Shown here one piece after another: positions 1 to 9,336 of a stretch of DNA of 64,000 nt (position 1 is its first letter; each line of letters starts with the position of its first letter). The stretch comes from Rebecca billardiae RCC1528 (lineage: Eukaryota; Protista; Haptophyta): NCBI GenBank assembly GCA_965240325.2, contig OZ251236.1:124001-188000 (forward strand), written 5' to 3'. Below the pieces are notes generated by a model, which saw only the letters and a program-made list of their open reading frames with translations, had not been told where the DNA came from and ran no database searches. A program made the position numbers and the translations under genes.

Positions 1-1530
1 ACGGTGGCGGCGCTGGACGGCGCGCGGCGCGAGCTGGCGACCATCAGTCGAGGCGCGGTGTCGGCGGAGGCGCACGCGGCGGTGGGGAAGGAGAAGGCGC
101 AGCTCGCGGCGGTGCTCGGCGTGCGCGAGGCCGAGCTCTCCCGCGCGCGCTCCGACGCCGAGCTCGCGCGCGCCGCCATGCTGGCCGGCTTCGCCGAGGC
201 GCGCGTGGCGCAGGCGTGCCTCGGCGCGGCGCTGGCGGAGGCGGAGGCGCGCGCGCACGCGGACGCGCGCACGCTGCGGCTGCAGCGGCTGGGCGCGAAG
301 GCGCTGGGGATGGCGTACCTGCTCTCGCTCGCGCGCGCGCGGCGCGCCGCGCGCGACGCGCGCGACGCCGCCGAGAGCGCCTCCGTCGACCAGCGCCTCG
401 CCGACGCGCAAGTCGGCGCGACGCTCGCCGCGGCCGACGCCGAGCGCGCGCGGCGCGCCGAGGCGGCGATGGCGGATGAGCTGAGCGCGGTGAGCGCGGA
501 GCGCGCCGAGCTGGGCGCGAGCAACCGCGAGCTCGAGGCGGAGATCCGCGCGTACCGCATCCAGCTCAAGCGGCTCTCCGACCAGACCGCCACGCAGTCC
601 GTCCGCCTCGGCACGCTCAACCGCAAGCTTGGGGGCGCGCGCGCGCAGCTCGAGGCCACGGCCTCGCGGCTGCAGCAGACGCGCGCCGAGACCAAATTGC
701 ATGGCGCGCTCGAGGCGGCGGAGGCGAGGCTGGCGGAGGCGGAGACGAGCGGCGCGGGGCCGCTGTACGCGCCCTCCGCGCGCGCCGGCGCGGCCAGCGC
801 CGGCCGCGCGCGCGGCGCATCCTTCGGCGCCACGGTGCGAGGGCTCTCGCCGCCGCCGCCGGGCGCGCACGCGCGCGGCGCGTCCGCGGGCGCGTCGCGC
901 GCCGCGCCGCCGCCGGGCGGCCGCCCGGCGCTCGGCGGCTCGTCGCCGTCGGCGGCGCGGCCGGGCACGGCGATGGCGGCGATGGGCGGGGGCCGGGGCG
1001 AGCACCCCGGCGCGTCGCCGGGCGCGCGCCACGAGCCGCAGCCCGGGCCGTGGCAGTCTGCGGAGACATCCGCCGGCGACGGCGGGCTCGCGGCGATGGC
1101 GGGCGGCGCTGCCGGCGCGGGCGCGGGCGCGGGCGCGGGCGCGCGGCTGCGCGCCGGGACGGGGCCGGCCGCGGCGTACCACGCGCCGAGCTCGCCGCGC
1201 GGCGGGGCGACGCCGCTCTCGCCGACGACGGGCGCGGCGAGCGGCGCGCGCGCGCTCGCGCCGCTGCGTGCGCCGGCCGCCGCGGCGGGAGGCAGCGGCG
1301 CGATCGCAGGGCGGCGGCGCGGCAGCACAAGCGCGCCGGGCGGCGGCGCCGCCCTCGGCGCGGGCCCGGCGCCCGCGGCGCCGCTCGGCGCGTCGCAGCG
1401 GTACAGCGGCGGCGGCGCGGCCGGCGGGCCGGCGGCGGGCGCGGGCGGCGGCGGCGCGAGCCTCACTACCGCCGCCCGGCGGGCCGCCATGCCGCCCGCC
1501 CCGCCCGCGGCGGCGATCAACGCGTGGTAG
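1..1530 (+). CDS. 3' part of an Ala/Glu-rich coiled-coil protein with a low-complexity C-terminus (5' end outside the window)
   Basis: Open frame from the window edge to TAG at 1528-1530; heptad-like segment (ELGASNRELEAEIRAYRIQLKRL); no recognisable domain. Confidence 0.55.
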   Translation, partial: TVAALDGARRELATISRGAVSAEAHAAVGKEKAQLAAVLGVREAELSRARSDAELARAAMLAGFAEARVAQACLGAALAEAEARAHADARTLRLQRLGAKALGMAYLLSLARARRAARDARDAAESASVDQRLADAQVGATLAAADAERARRAEAAMADELSAVSAERAELGASNRELEAEIRAYRIQLKRLSDQTATQSVRLGTLNRKLGGARAQLEATASRLQQTRAETKLHGALEAAEARLAEAETSGAGPLYAPSARAGAASAGRARGASFGATVRGLSPPPPGAHARGASAGASRAAPPPGGRPALGGSSPSAARPGTAMAAMGGGRGEHPGASPGARHEPQPGPWQSAETSAGDGGLAAMAGGAAGAGAGAGAGARLRAGTGPAAAYHAPSSPRGGATPLSPTTGAASGARALAPLRAPAAAAGGSGAIAGRRRGSTSAPGGGAALGAGPAPAAPLGASQRYSGGGAAGGPAAGAGGGGASLTTAARRAAMPPAPPAAAINAW

Positions 1531-1771
1531 TACGCGTAGCTGCGCTGCTACAGATCGCGACTACAGATCGATAGTATATGAGTACGGCGGTAGTCCGGGT
1601 GGGGCGGACTTGCCGGCCATCAGCAACTCGCGTCATCATCACGCATGCTAGCTGGCGACGACTCACTGACTGCTACGAGCAGACAGCAGGTCTACAGTTT
1701 ACTAAGTCTAAGAATAAGAGACGCACACAGCTCAGGCAGGCGAGATTGACGCCCGTTTTTTTTATATTTGT

Positions 1772-2492
1772 TGTTGAGCTGACGCAGCCTGGGGCGCGCA
1801 TCTCAGCAGATGGCGTCGCCGCTGGGACGTCAGGGCCGGCGCCGCACCAGGCGGGCCGGCGGCATCAGCTACGCAGTGGCTGGCTCTGGCGGCGCGCGCG
1901 CGCGGCGCGCGCGGCGGCAGGAGCGCGAGCGCAGCAGCGCTGGCGCGGAGCGACGTGGACGCGGAGCGCGGACGCGGCAGCGCGGACGCGGAGCGACACG
2001 GACGCGGCGCGTGCGCGGGCGGTACGGCCCGGCGCACGCGGCACGGATGGCACGCCGGCGGCACAGGCGGGCGCCATCGTGGAAGAGTCCAAGGAACAAC
2101 GGACTCGATCACTTCATTCATGGACGCCCGGATTCTCAGTTTTGAGAATCGAGAATCCGGGATCATGGGTCCGTGCGCAGCTTACCCAGGTCCGATGACA
2201 TTACCGAGTACCTGGGGGAAAGATGAGCTTACGGCGGTGCGTCGGTAACGCCTGCGATTGGCGGACGCACGGAAGCGGGGCTCAGGAAGGTTACAAGATT
2301 CCCGAGCCGGGCCGCAAAACGCCGTGTCACCCTGCGCAACCGAAAGTTGGTTGCGGCAGGAGGATTAGCTTCGCTCGTCAGAGGAGCGAGGGTCGAGATT
2401 GCCTTCGTGGGCGTCACCGACGACGCGCCCGAGGACGTGCCGGTGAGCTTTTAGCAGGGCTCGAGACGCTCGGAGCTCGCGTTTACCCAATA
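1772..2492 (+). repeat. 5' LTR (TGTTG...CAATA)
   Basis: Direct repeat of 8425-9145; ORF-track translations of the two copies are identical. Confidence 0.95.
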
Positions 2493-2548
2493 TGCATGCA
2501 GCGATCGGGAGGGATCGTACGCGCGGCGCTTTCTCATCGATCGCGCCG

Positions 2549-5116
2549 ATGGGCACGAGCGGCCGGATGCACGGCTCGGTCGACGTGGGGATGCTCAACG
2601 ACAAGGGCAATCAGCAGCGCTGGCTCGCGCAATCGGCGAGCAGGCTGGCGGCGCTTCCGGCGGGGCAAGGTGCTACGATGTCCGCACTGAACGGCATCAT
2701 CGTGACGCACGGCCCGAACGCGGAGCACCGCATCAACACGCTCGAGGAGTACAACTCGACGTGGGAGACATTCAACCCATCCGCGGCGAAGATGATCAAG
2801 GTCAGTGCCGAGCGGATGGACCTGGCGCGTGAGAACTACGCGCTGCAGCAGCGGCTGCTCGACCATCGCCACGAGCACGAGCGCCGCGAGCACGCCGAGC
2901 GCCGGGCCGCGGCGGAACGCGCGGCGGCGGCGGCGGGGGCGAGGCAGGCGCCAAGCTACGCGCAGGCTGCCTCGGCGGGCGCGGGGAGTGGTTTAGCCAC
3001 TCCGGGCGGCCCGACGGCGACCGGACCGGGTTCAGGTCCGGCGGCGGGCGGCGGATCCGGAATTTTTCCGGGTCCGGCGGCCGGTACACCCGGTCCGGGT
3101 GTGGGCACAGGCGGCGCGGCAGGTGCGCCGGCTGGGACTGACGGCGCGACGCCTGTGGGCGGCGCCGGCGTCGGCGCGGTGCCTACGGGCGGCGCCGGCG
3201 GGATCGGTGGCGCGGCGCCCGCGGGCGGCGCTGCCGTGACGCTCGATCCGCGCGCGCGCGAGCTCTACCGCCGCGAGCGCGAGACCGAGGAACAGATGTA
3301 TGAGCGGCAGGCGAGCGAGCACGCCATGCTGGACATCAAGCTCCGACAGAGCGTGTTGGAGGCAGCGCCGGACGGCGACGAGGCGGACCCCGCCAAGTAC
3401 GCCGGGGCGCAGTACGAGAAAGGGACGGCTTTCTTACGCACCGAGCTGCGGTCGTGGGTGACGGAGGCTGCGTGGCAGCACATCAACCGCCTCATGGAGA
3501 CGCAGCCGGAGGTGCAGGAGGAGCGCGCGCGCCTGGGCGCACTTACGCCGGGGCGCGAGTTCCTGTACCTGTGGAAGGCGATCCTGCGCATGCGCAAGCC
3601 CGACGACATGCGGAAGTACATGTCGGTGCGGGCACGCTGGCATCGGACGGTCCTGCCGGACTGCGGCAAGGACGGCGTCGGCGCACTCGAGCTCTTCCAG
3701 GTGCTACAGCACAACCACGTGCTGCTGCAGGAGCTGAGTGACGCAGCGCCAGCGGCGGAGATGCTTGCGCGGCTCATCGAGTTCATTCCGTCGGTGGGCG
3801 CGGGCATCGAGATGCGGACGCGGTACGAGTCGAAGGACTACAGGACCGTGACGAACTTCGACGTGCAGGAGCTCGTGCACGAGCTCAACGGCAAGTTCGA
3901 GGACCGGGACTTCTCCAAGGGCAAGCGGATTGACCGCGGCGGCCCTGGGCGCCCAGGGGCGGGTGGCCGCACGCCAGGAGGCGGCGGCGCTACCCGCGCG
4001 CACCCAATCGACGGGCTCCGCCTGGCGCAGGCGGCGGCGGCGTCGGCGGGTGGTGGCGGCGGCGGCGACGCGACGTCGCCGGCTGGCCGTGGTGGCGGCG
4101 GCGGAGGTCGCGGCGGCGGCGGTGGCGGCGGTGCTGGCCGCGGCACCGGCCGCGGAGGCCACGGCGACTCCGACGACGCGCACGGGCCGCGCTGCTACAA
4201 GTGCGGCGCCGTGGGGCACATCAAGCGTTACTGCCCGCAGGTGACGCAGGCTGATCGCGACTCGAACGCTGGCGATGACGCGGCGTCGACGCGGTCGGAT
4301 CGCAGCCGTGGCTCACTGCGGAGCGGCGGCAGCGGTGGCGGCGGCGGCAGCGGGGGGAGCACCCGCGCCGTGGTCGGTAATGGCAACGGCGGCGGCACGG
4401 TCCGCACGCAGGTCGCGTTCGCTCCCGAGCAGGGTGACGAGCCCGACGGCGCCGTTGGTGGCGACGGTGGCGCAGACGCCGGAGACGGCGGCGGCACCGG
4501 CGCCGGACTCGGCTTGGCGCCTATTGGCGCGGCTATCGGCGGCAGGGCGCAGCGCGACGAGGACATCGAGATCGTCGCGGCGCGGGCGGCCGAGGCACGC
4601 GTGGCGCAGCCGGAGGACAACACGCGGGCGTTGGTGTTTGACACTGGCGCACGGAAGAACATCGCCATGACCGAGGATTTGACGAACCTTACCCCGGTGC
4701 ACGGCGCATGCCAGATCGAGTGGGGGAACGGTGCGCGGGAGCAGGTCACTCACCGCGGGACCCTGGTGGTCAAGCTTGCGGCGGACGACGACAGCGACAA
4801 GGTCCTCACGCTCGAGATCGAGGCGTGGGCGTCGCAGCGCGTCACGGCGCCGCTGCTGTCGGTCGAGCACTGCGCGGACGCAGGCATCGAGTTCCACTAC
4901 TCGCAGCGCGGCAACACTGCGGACTTTACGGCGCTGGGAGGCGGCGTCGTGCAGCTGCCGCGCGATTCCACGCTGCGCGCCGAGATCGTACGGCGCCAGG
5001 TGGGGCCAGACGTCGGCGATGCGCCGGCGGAGGCGCGCGCACGGCGCAGGGCGCCAGTGCGGCGCGTGGGCGCGGGGCGGGGGCGCATTGGCGCTGCGCC
5101 GCCCCCAAACGCCTAA
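2549..5116 (+). CDS. gag: copia Gag-protease ORF (start uncertain; in-frame ATGs at 2492 and 2549)
   Basis: CCHC knuckle CYKCGAVGHIKRYC; aspartic protease motif LVFDTGA followed by GNG...V...G.L and LLSV; stop TAA at 5114-5116. Confidence 0.9.
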   Translation: MGTSGRMHGSVDVGMLNDKGNQQRWLAQSASRLAALPAGQGATMSALNGIIVTHGPNAEHRINTLEEYNSTWETFNPSAAKMIKVSAERMDLARENYALQQRLLDHRHEHERREHAERRAAAERAAAAAGARQAPSYAQAASAGAGSGLATPGGPTATGPGSGPAAGGGSGIFPGPAAGTPGPGVGTGGAAGAPAGTDGATPVGGAGVGAVPTGGAGGIGGAAPAGGAAVTLDPRARELYRRERETEEQMYERQASEHAMLDIKLRQSVLEAAPDGDEADPAKYAGAQYEKGTAFLRTELRSWVTEAAWQHINRLMETQPEVQEERARLGALTPGREFLYLWKAILRMRKPDDMRKYMSVRARWHRTVLPDCGKDGVGALELFQVLQHNHVLLQELSDAAPAAEMLARLIEFIPSVGAGIEMRTRYESKDYRTVTNFDVQELVHELNGKFEDRDFSKGKRIDRGGPGRPGAGGRTPGGGGATRAHPIDGLRLAQAAAASAGGGGGGDATSPAGRGGGGGGRGGGGGGGAGRGTGRGGHGDSDDAHGPRCYKCGAVGHIKRYCPQVTQADRDSNAGDDAASTRSDRSRGSLRSGGSGGGGGSGGSTRAVVGNGNGGGTVRTQVAFAPEQGDEPDGAVGGDGGADAGDGGGTGAGLGLAPIGAAIGGRAQRDEDIEIVAARAAEARVAQPEDNTRALVFDTGARKNIAMTEDLTNLTPVHGACQIEWGNGAREQVTHRGTLVVKLAADDDSDKVLTLEIEAWASQRVTAPLLSVEHCADAGIEFHYSQRGNTADFTALGGGVVQLPRDSTLRAEIVRRQVGPDVGDAPAEARARRRAPVRRVGAGRGRIGAAPPPNA

Positions 5117-5211
5117 GCCCGGAACCCGCGCAGGTGCGAACCACAAACACTACGGAGGCGGCGCGAGGCGCTGATCCGGCGTGGTTGCGCACTTGGTCGG
5201 TTCGAACGGGC
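5104..5211 (+). promoter_or_regulatory. Candidate -1 programmed ribosomal frameshift signal
   Basis: In-frame X_XXY_YYZ heptamer C_CCA_AAC (5104-5110), 6-nt spacer, then a long imperfect stem-loop (5117-5144 pairing with 5181-5211). Confidence 0.75.
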
Positions 5212-8200
5212 ACCAATGACCAACGTCTACTCGAGCGCACGCGACGCGTGGCCGAGGGGATGGAGGGGGCGAACGCGCGGCGTGAGTCGCTCGACGAGCA
5301 GTCGGCGGCGGGCATGACGCGGCGGCCGTTCGCGGACGCAATGCCGACGGCGCACTACCCTGGGCAGGTGACGCACGTCGACATCTTCTCCATGGCACGC
5401 ATCGACTTACCAGTTGGGGCCGATGGCGCGCGTGGAGGGTATCCTCATGGGATCATATTCATCGATGGGCATTCACGTCGATGGCAAGTGTACGCGCTAC
5501 GCAGCTTGGATGACGCCGAGGTTGGTCGGGCATTCCGCTGGTACGCGCAGTTGCTTGGTACAGGGGCCATGCACATGTCGCATTGGGTCCTGGCGTCGGG
5601 GTGTACTATGGCGCGACGCCATATTCACACCGACGGTGGCTCGACGCTGCTGAGTACGTACGTCGAGGGTGAGCTGGCGAAGCTTGGGTTCTCGTCGACG
5701 GTCACGTCGGCGCCCGACTCGCCGAGCTCGAATGGCGTGGCGGAACGCGCTATCCGCACGCTGAAGTCGAGACTGCGCGCCACGGTCGTTGCGCGTGGAG
5801 TCTCGAGGGTCGATTGGCACTACGCGGCGTGGCACGCATGCGCGTCGCGCAATCGACTGGCGTCACGTGGTATCATTCGTGACGATGGCGACATTGAGTG
5901 GCTCACGCCGGATGAGCTGTTCTTTGGCAAACGCCCGACGTGGAAGCATCACGTGGCGTTTGGAGCGCGCTGCCGCGTGCTGATGCTGGGCGCACGGCGC
6001 AATGCATTGGGGCAGCTGAGGCAGCGCGCACTACCCGGACGTGTCTATCTCTGGGGTGGGCACGGCGTGCAGTGGCGCGGTACATGGCGCTACGTACTCG
6101 GGTACGTATGTCGTTTAGACGACGGACGTCTCGTTCACTCACGTGACGTACGCATCGACGAGACCGACCTGGTCGAGGGGGGGCACTCGTCGCTGGGCGC
6201 ACCTGACGGTGGCGCGTACGTGGGTGATGGTGACGGCGCCGCGGTAAGCGGCGGACTTCGTCCGGTCGGTGGTGACGCCGACTGTGAGGACGAGGACGGC
6301 GACGGCGGCGAGACGCCAGCCGACGCCGGGAATGACGACGCGACAGAGTTCGACGTCGGGTACGACGACGACGCAGATGCGTCAACGTCGGGGCGCGGGC
6401 GCAGCAGCGTGGACGCGGGACATCGCGGGTGCAGCAGCGCTGGCGCAGAGCCGTCGACGCCGACGCCGCAGGGCGGGCGTGACGGGGCAGGCGCGTCGAT
6501 GACGCAGCCGGGTCGGCAGGATCAGATACCGCCGACGGAATCACGGCGCGGGACCGCAGCAGATGCTGGCGGGTCGCCGCGCGGCGCAGACGGTGACGAC
6601 GGCGTGATCGAGGACGCGCCGCCGCCCGGTCTGGATATGGGACACGATCCGCTTCGCAGGGATCGGACATCGCGCCGACGGCCGCAGCTGCTTACTGCCG
6701 TCGTCAGCGCCGCGTCGGTGTTCCAGAAGATCAACGTGAAGGTGCCGACGAACTATCGCGAGGCGATGCGGTCGGCGGAGGCGCCCCAGTGGCAGGGCGC
6801 CATGCTCGAGCACTTGGAAGGTCACAAGTTGCTCGGCACCTCGGAGGAGGTGGTGGTTCCGGAGGGCACGCGGCTGTTGCCGAGCCAGTGGGTCTTTGAC
6901 GTGAAGTCGAACCCGGAGGGCGAGGTGACGCGCTTCAAGGCGCGGTCGGTGCTACTGGGGAACCTACAGCGGCCGGGGATCGACTTTCAGGAGGTCTTTG
7001 CTCCGACGATCCGGCCGGAACAAGTGCGACTACTCGTGGCGATCGCCGCTCAGCAGGCGGGCGCGAGAGTCGACTTGGGTGCAGCGTCGGTTGCGGCGCT
7101 GGGCATACTGTCGAAGGGCGACGTCAAGGACGCGTACCTCAACTCGGAGTTGAAGCCGGATGAGCGGCCTCTCTTCTCATTCCCGCCGGGCTACGTGCCG
7201 AGCACGCAGGCGCCGCCGGGGTACAAAGTCGTGGGCCGGAGCCTGAAGGCGTATCCGGGCCTACGCCAGTCTGGGCGCGCGTGGCATCGCACGCACCGCA
7301 CCCAGCTGCTCGCGCGCGGCTTCTCGGAGTGTCCGAGTGCGCCGTGCATCTACGTCAAGGAGTCGGCGCCGGGCGAGTTCATCATCGCGGGCGGCTTTGT
7401 CGACGACTTGCTGTTTCTCAACCTGACGCGCGACGCGCGCGCGGTGGAGAAGCTGGCGGCTGACCTGAAGGAGCATTACGAGATCAAGCTGAGTGAGCGG
7501 CTCGATAAGTTCCTGGGCGCCGTGTTTGAAGTTCATGACGACGGCATCCTGATGCATCTGGGGCCGTACGTCGAGAGCGTGCTTCAGCGGTTCGGTTTGA
7601 ACGCGAGCACGCCGGCGCGCACGCCGGAGCCGGCGGCGCGGGCGCAGCTGAGCGACGACGATGAGGCGTTGCTGCAGCGCGCGGAGATTGAGAACTACCA
7701 GGCGATGGTGGGATGTCTCATGTTTGCGATGGTCACGGCGCGGCCGGACATCGCGCACGCGGTGAACATGCTGACGCGACGCATGTCATGTCCGCGGGCG
7801 GTGGATCTGGTAAGTGCGAAGCGCGTGCTGCGCTACTTACGTGGATGCCCGCGATTGGGAATCTTGTTCAAGTTTGCGACAGATTCCGAGCACCCCGACC
7901 TACTTGCTTTCGCTGACTCCGATTGGGCAAGCAATCCGGTGGAGACCAAGGGCAGGTCGACGGGTGGATACATTGTGTTCTACAATGGGGCGCCGGTGTC
8001 GTGGCACAGCGGGCTGCAAGGTACAGTCTCGCTGAGCTCGACGGAGGCGGAGTACGTCGCGCTGAGCGATTGCTGCCGCGAGGTGAGCTACTTGCGGAGC
8101 ATACTCGAGTCCATGCGGCAGCCGCCGCGGGCCGCGACGGAGGTGCGAGAGGACAACAAGGGGGCTATCGACCTCGTGGAGAATCCTGTGCACCACAAGC

Positions 8201-8388
8201 GCTCGAAGCACATCGAGATCAAGCATCACTATGTGCGTGACGCGCAGGAGGGTGGCAAGGTGAAGGTGGTCAAGGTACACACCTCGCTCAACCACTCTGA
8301 CATCATGACGAAGGCGACGGACGGTGCGACGTTCAAGCGGCACGTCGACGCCATCATGGTGGACCGACACCCGACGCGCGCGCGGTAA
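5104..8388 (+). CDS. pol: copia integrase-RT-RNase H ORF, in the -1 frame relative to gag-PR
   Basis: IN: HVDI, HTDGG, SNGVAERAIRTL; RT: WVFDVK, RFKAR, DVKDAYL, GLRQSGRAW, FVDDLL; RH: FADSDWA, SSTEAEY, EDNKGA, KHIEIKHH. Confidence 0.95.
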   Translation, partial: PKRLSPEPAQVRTTNTTEAARGADPAWLRTWSVRTGTNDQRLLERTRRVAEGMEGANARRESLDEQSAAGMTRRPFADAMPTAHYPGQVTHVDIFSMARIDLPVGADGARGGYPHGIIFIDGHSRRWQVYALRSLDDAEVGRAFRWYAQLLGTGAMHMSHWVLASGCTMARRHIHTDGGSTLLSTYVEGELAKLGFSSTVTSAPDSPSSNGVAERAIRTLKSRLRATVVARGVSRVDWHYAAWHACASRNRLASRGIIRDDGDIEWLTPDELFFGKRPTWKHHVAFGARCRVLMLGARRNALGQLRQRALPGRVYLWGGHGVQWRGTWRYVLGYVCRLDDGRLVHSRDVRIDETDLVEGGHSSLGAPDGGAYVGDGDGAAVSGGLRPVGGDADCEDEDGDGGETPADAGNDDATEFDVGYDDDADASTSGRGRSSVDAGHRGCSSAGAEPSTPTPQGGRDGAGASMTQPGRQDQIPPTESRRGTAADAGGSPRGADGDDGVIEDAPPPGLDMGHDPLRRDRTSRRRPQLLTAVVSAASVFQKINVKVPTNYREAMRSAEAPQWQGAMLEHLEGHKLLGTSEEVVVPEGTRLLPSQWVFDVKSNPEGEVTRFKARSVLLGNLQRPGIDFQEVFAPTIRPEQVRLLVAIAAQQAGARVDLGAASVAALGILSKGDVKDAYLNSELKPDERPLFSFPPGYVPSTQAPPGYKVVGRSLKAYPGLRQSGRAWHRTHRTQLLARGFSECPSAPCIYVKESAPGEFIIAGGFVDDLLFLNLTRDARAVEKLAADLKEHYEIKLSERLDKFLGAVFEVHDDGILMHLGPYVESVLQRFGLNASTPARTPEPAARAQLSDDDEALLQRAEIENYQAMVGCLMFAMVTARPDIAHAVNMLTRRMSCPRAVDLVSAKRVLRYLRGCPRLGILFKFATDSEHPDLLAFADSDWASNPVETKGRSTGGYIVFYNGAPVSWHSGLQGTVSLSSTEAEYVALSDCCREVSYLRSILESMRQPPRAATEVREDNKGAIDLVENPVHHKRSKHIEIKHHYVRDAQEGGKVKVVKVHTSLNHSDIMTKATDGATFKRHVDAIMVDRHPTRAR

Positions 8389-8424
8389 GCGGCGCAGCTC
8401 GCGGCTATGGCTGTCGAGGGGGGG

Positions 8425-9145
8425 TGTTGAGCTGACGCAGCCTGGGGCGCGCATCTCAGCAGATGGCGTCGCCGCTGGGACGTCAGGGCCGGCGCCGCAC
8501 CAGGCGGGCCGGCGGCATCAGCTACGCAGTGGCTGGCTCTGGCGGCGCGCGCGCGCGGCGCGCGCGGCGGCAGGAGCGCGAGCGCAGCAGCGCTGGCGCG
8601 GAGCGACGTGGACGCGGAGCGCGGACGCGGCAGCGCGGACGCGGAGCGACACGGACGCGGCGCGTGCGCGGGCGGTACGGCCCGGCGCACGCGGCACGGA
8701 TGGCACGCCGGCGGCACAGGCGGGCGCCATCGTGGAAGAGTCCAAGGAACAACGGACTCGATCACTTCATTCATGGACGCCCGGATTCTCAGTTTTGAGA
8801 ATCGAGAATCCGGGATCATGGGTCCGTGCGCAGCTTACCCAGGTCCGATGACATTACCGAGTACCTGGGGGAAAGATGAGCTTACGGCGGTGCGTCGGTA
8901 ACGCCTGCGATTGGCGGACGCACGGAAGCGGGGCTCAGGAAGGTTACAAGATTCCCGAGCCGGGCCGCAAAACGCCGTGTCACCCTGCGCAACCGAAAGT
9001 TGGTTGCGGCAGGAGGATTAGCTTCGCTCGTCAGAGGAGCGAGGGTCGAGATTGCCTTCGTGGGCGTCACCGACGACGCGCCCGAGGACGTGCCGGTGAG
9101 CTTTTAGCAGGGCTCGAGACGCTCGGAGCTCGCGTTTACCCAATA
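8425..9145 (+). repeat. 3' LTR
   Basis: Direct repeat of 1772-2492, immediately after the polypurine tract. Confidence 0.95.
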
Positions 9146-9297
9146 TTTGTTTTAACGTGCGTAAGGCTCACGGCAGGTGGCAGGTTGCCGCGCCATCCTT
9201 CATCGCACGCTCTCCGAAGAGAGACCTGGAAACTGGTTTGAACCCATGACCTCAGACGCAAGAGCACGCCAGTACTCCCACTCGGCCACAGACCGGC
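9146..9297 (-). mobile_element. tRNA-derived SINE-like element, 5' part; its 3' part lies at about 1692-1766 on the other side of the copia
   Basis: Minus-strand Pol III A box TGGCCGAGTGG (9278-9288) and B box GGTTCAAACC (9235-9244); no complete cloverleaf; continues into an A-rich tract across the copia TSD. Confidence 0.6.
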
Positions 9298-9336
9298 GTT
9301 ACCGTCATCGGACTCGGTGTGACGGTGATCGGAGTA

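Larger units (their letters stand above)
1772..9145 (+). mobile_element. Full-length Ty1/copia LTR retrotransposon
   Basis: 721-bp LTRs at 1772-2492 and 8425-9145 (offset 6653); TSD TTTGT at 1767-1771 and 9146-9150; PPT GAGGGGGGG at 8416-8424; domain order gag-PR-IN-RT-RH. Confidence 0.97.

Noticed and set aside
9225-9297. Functional tRNA gene
   Set aside because: A and B boxes are present but there is no convincing acceptor or anticodon stem; treated as a SINE head
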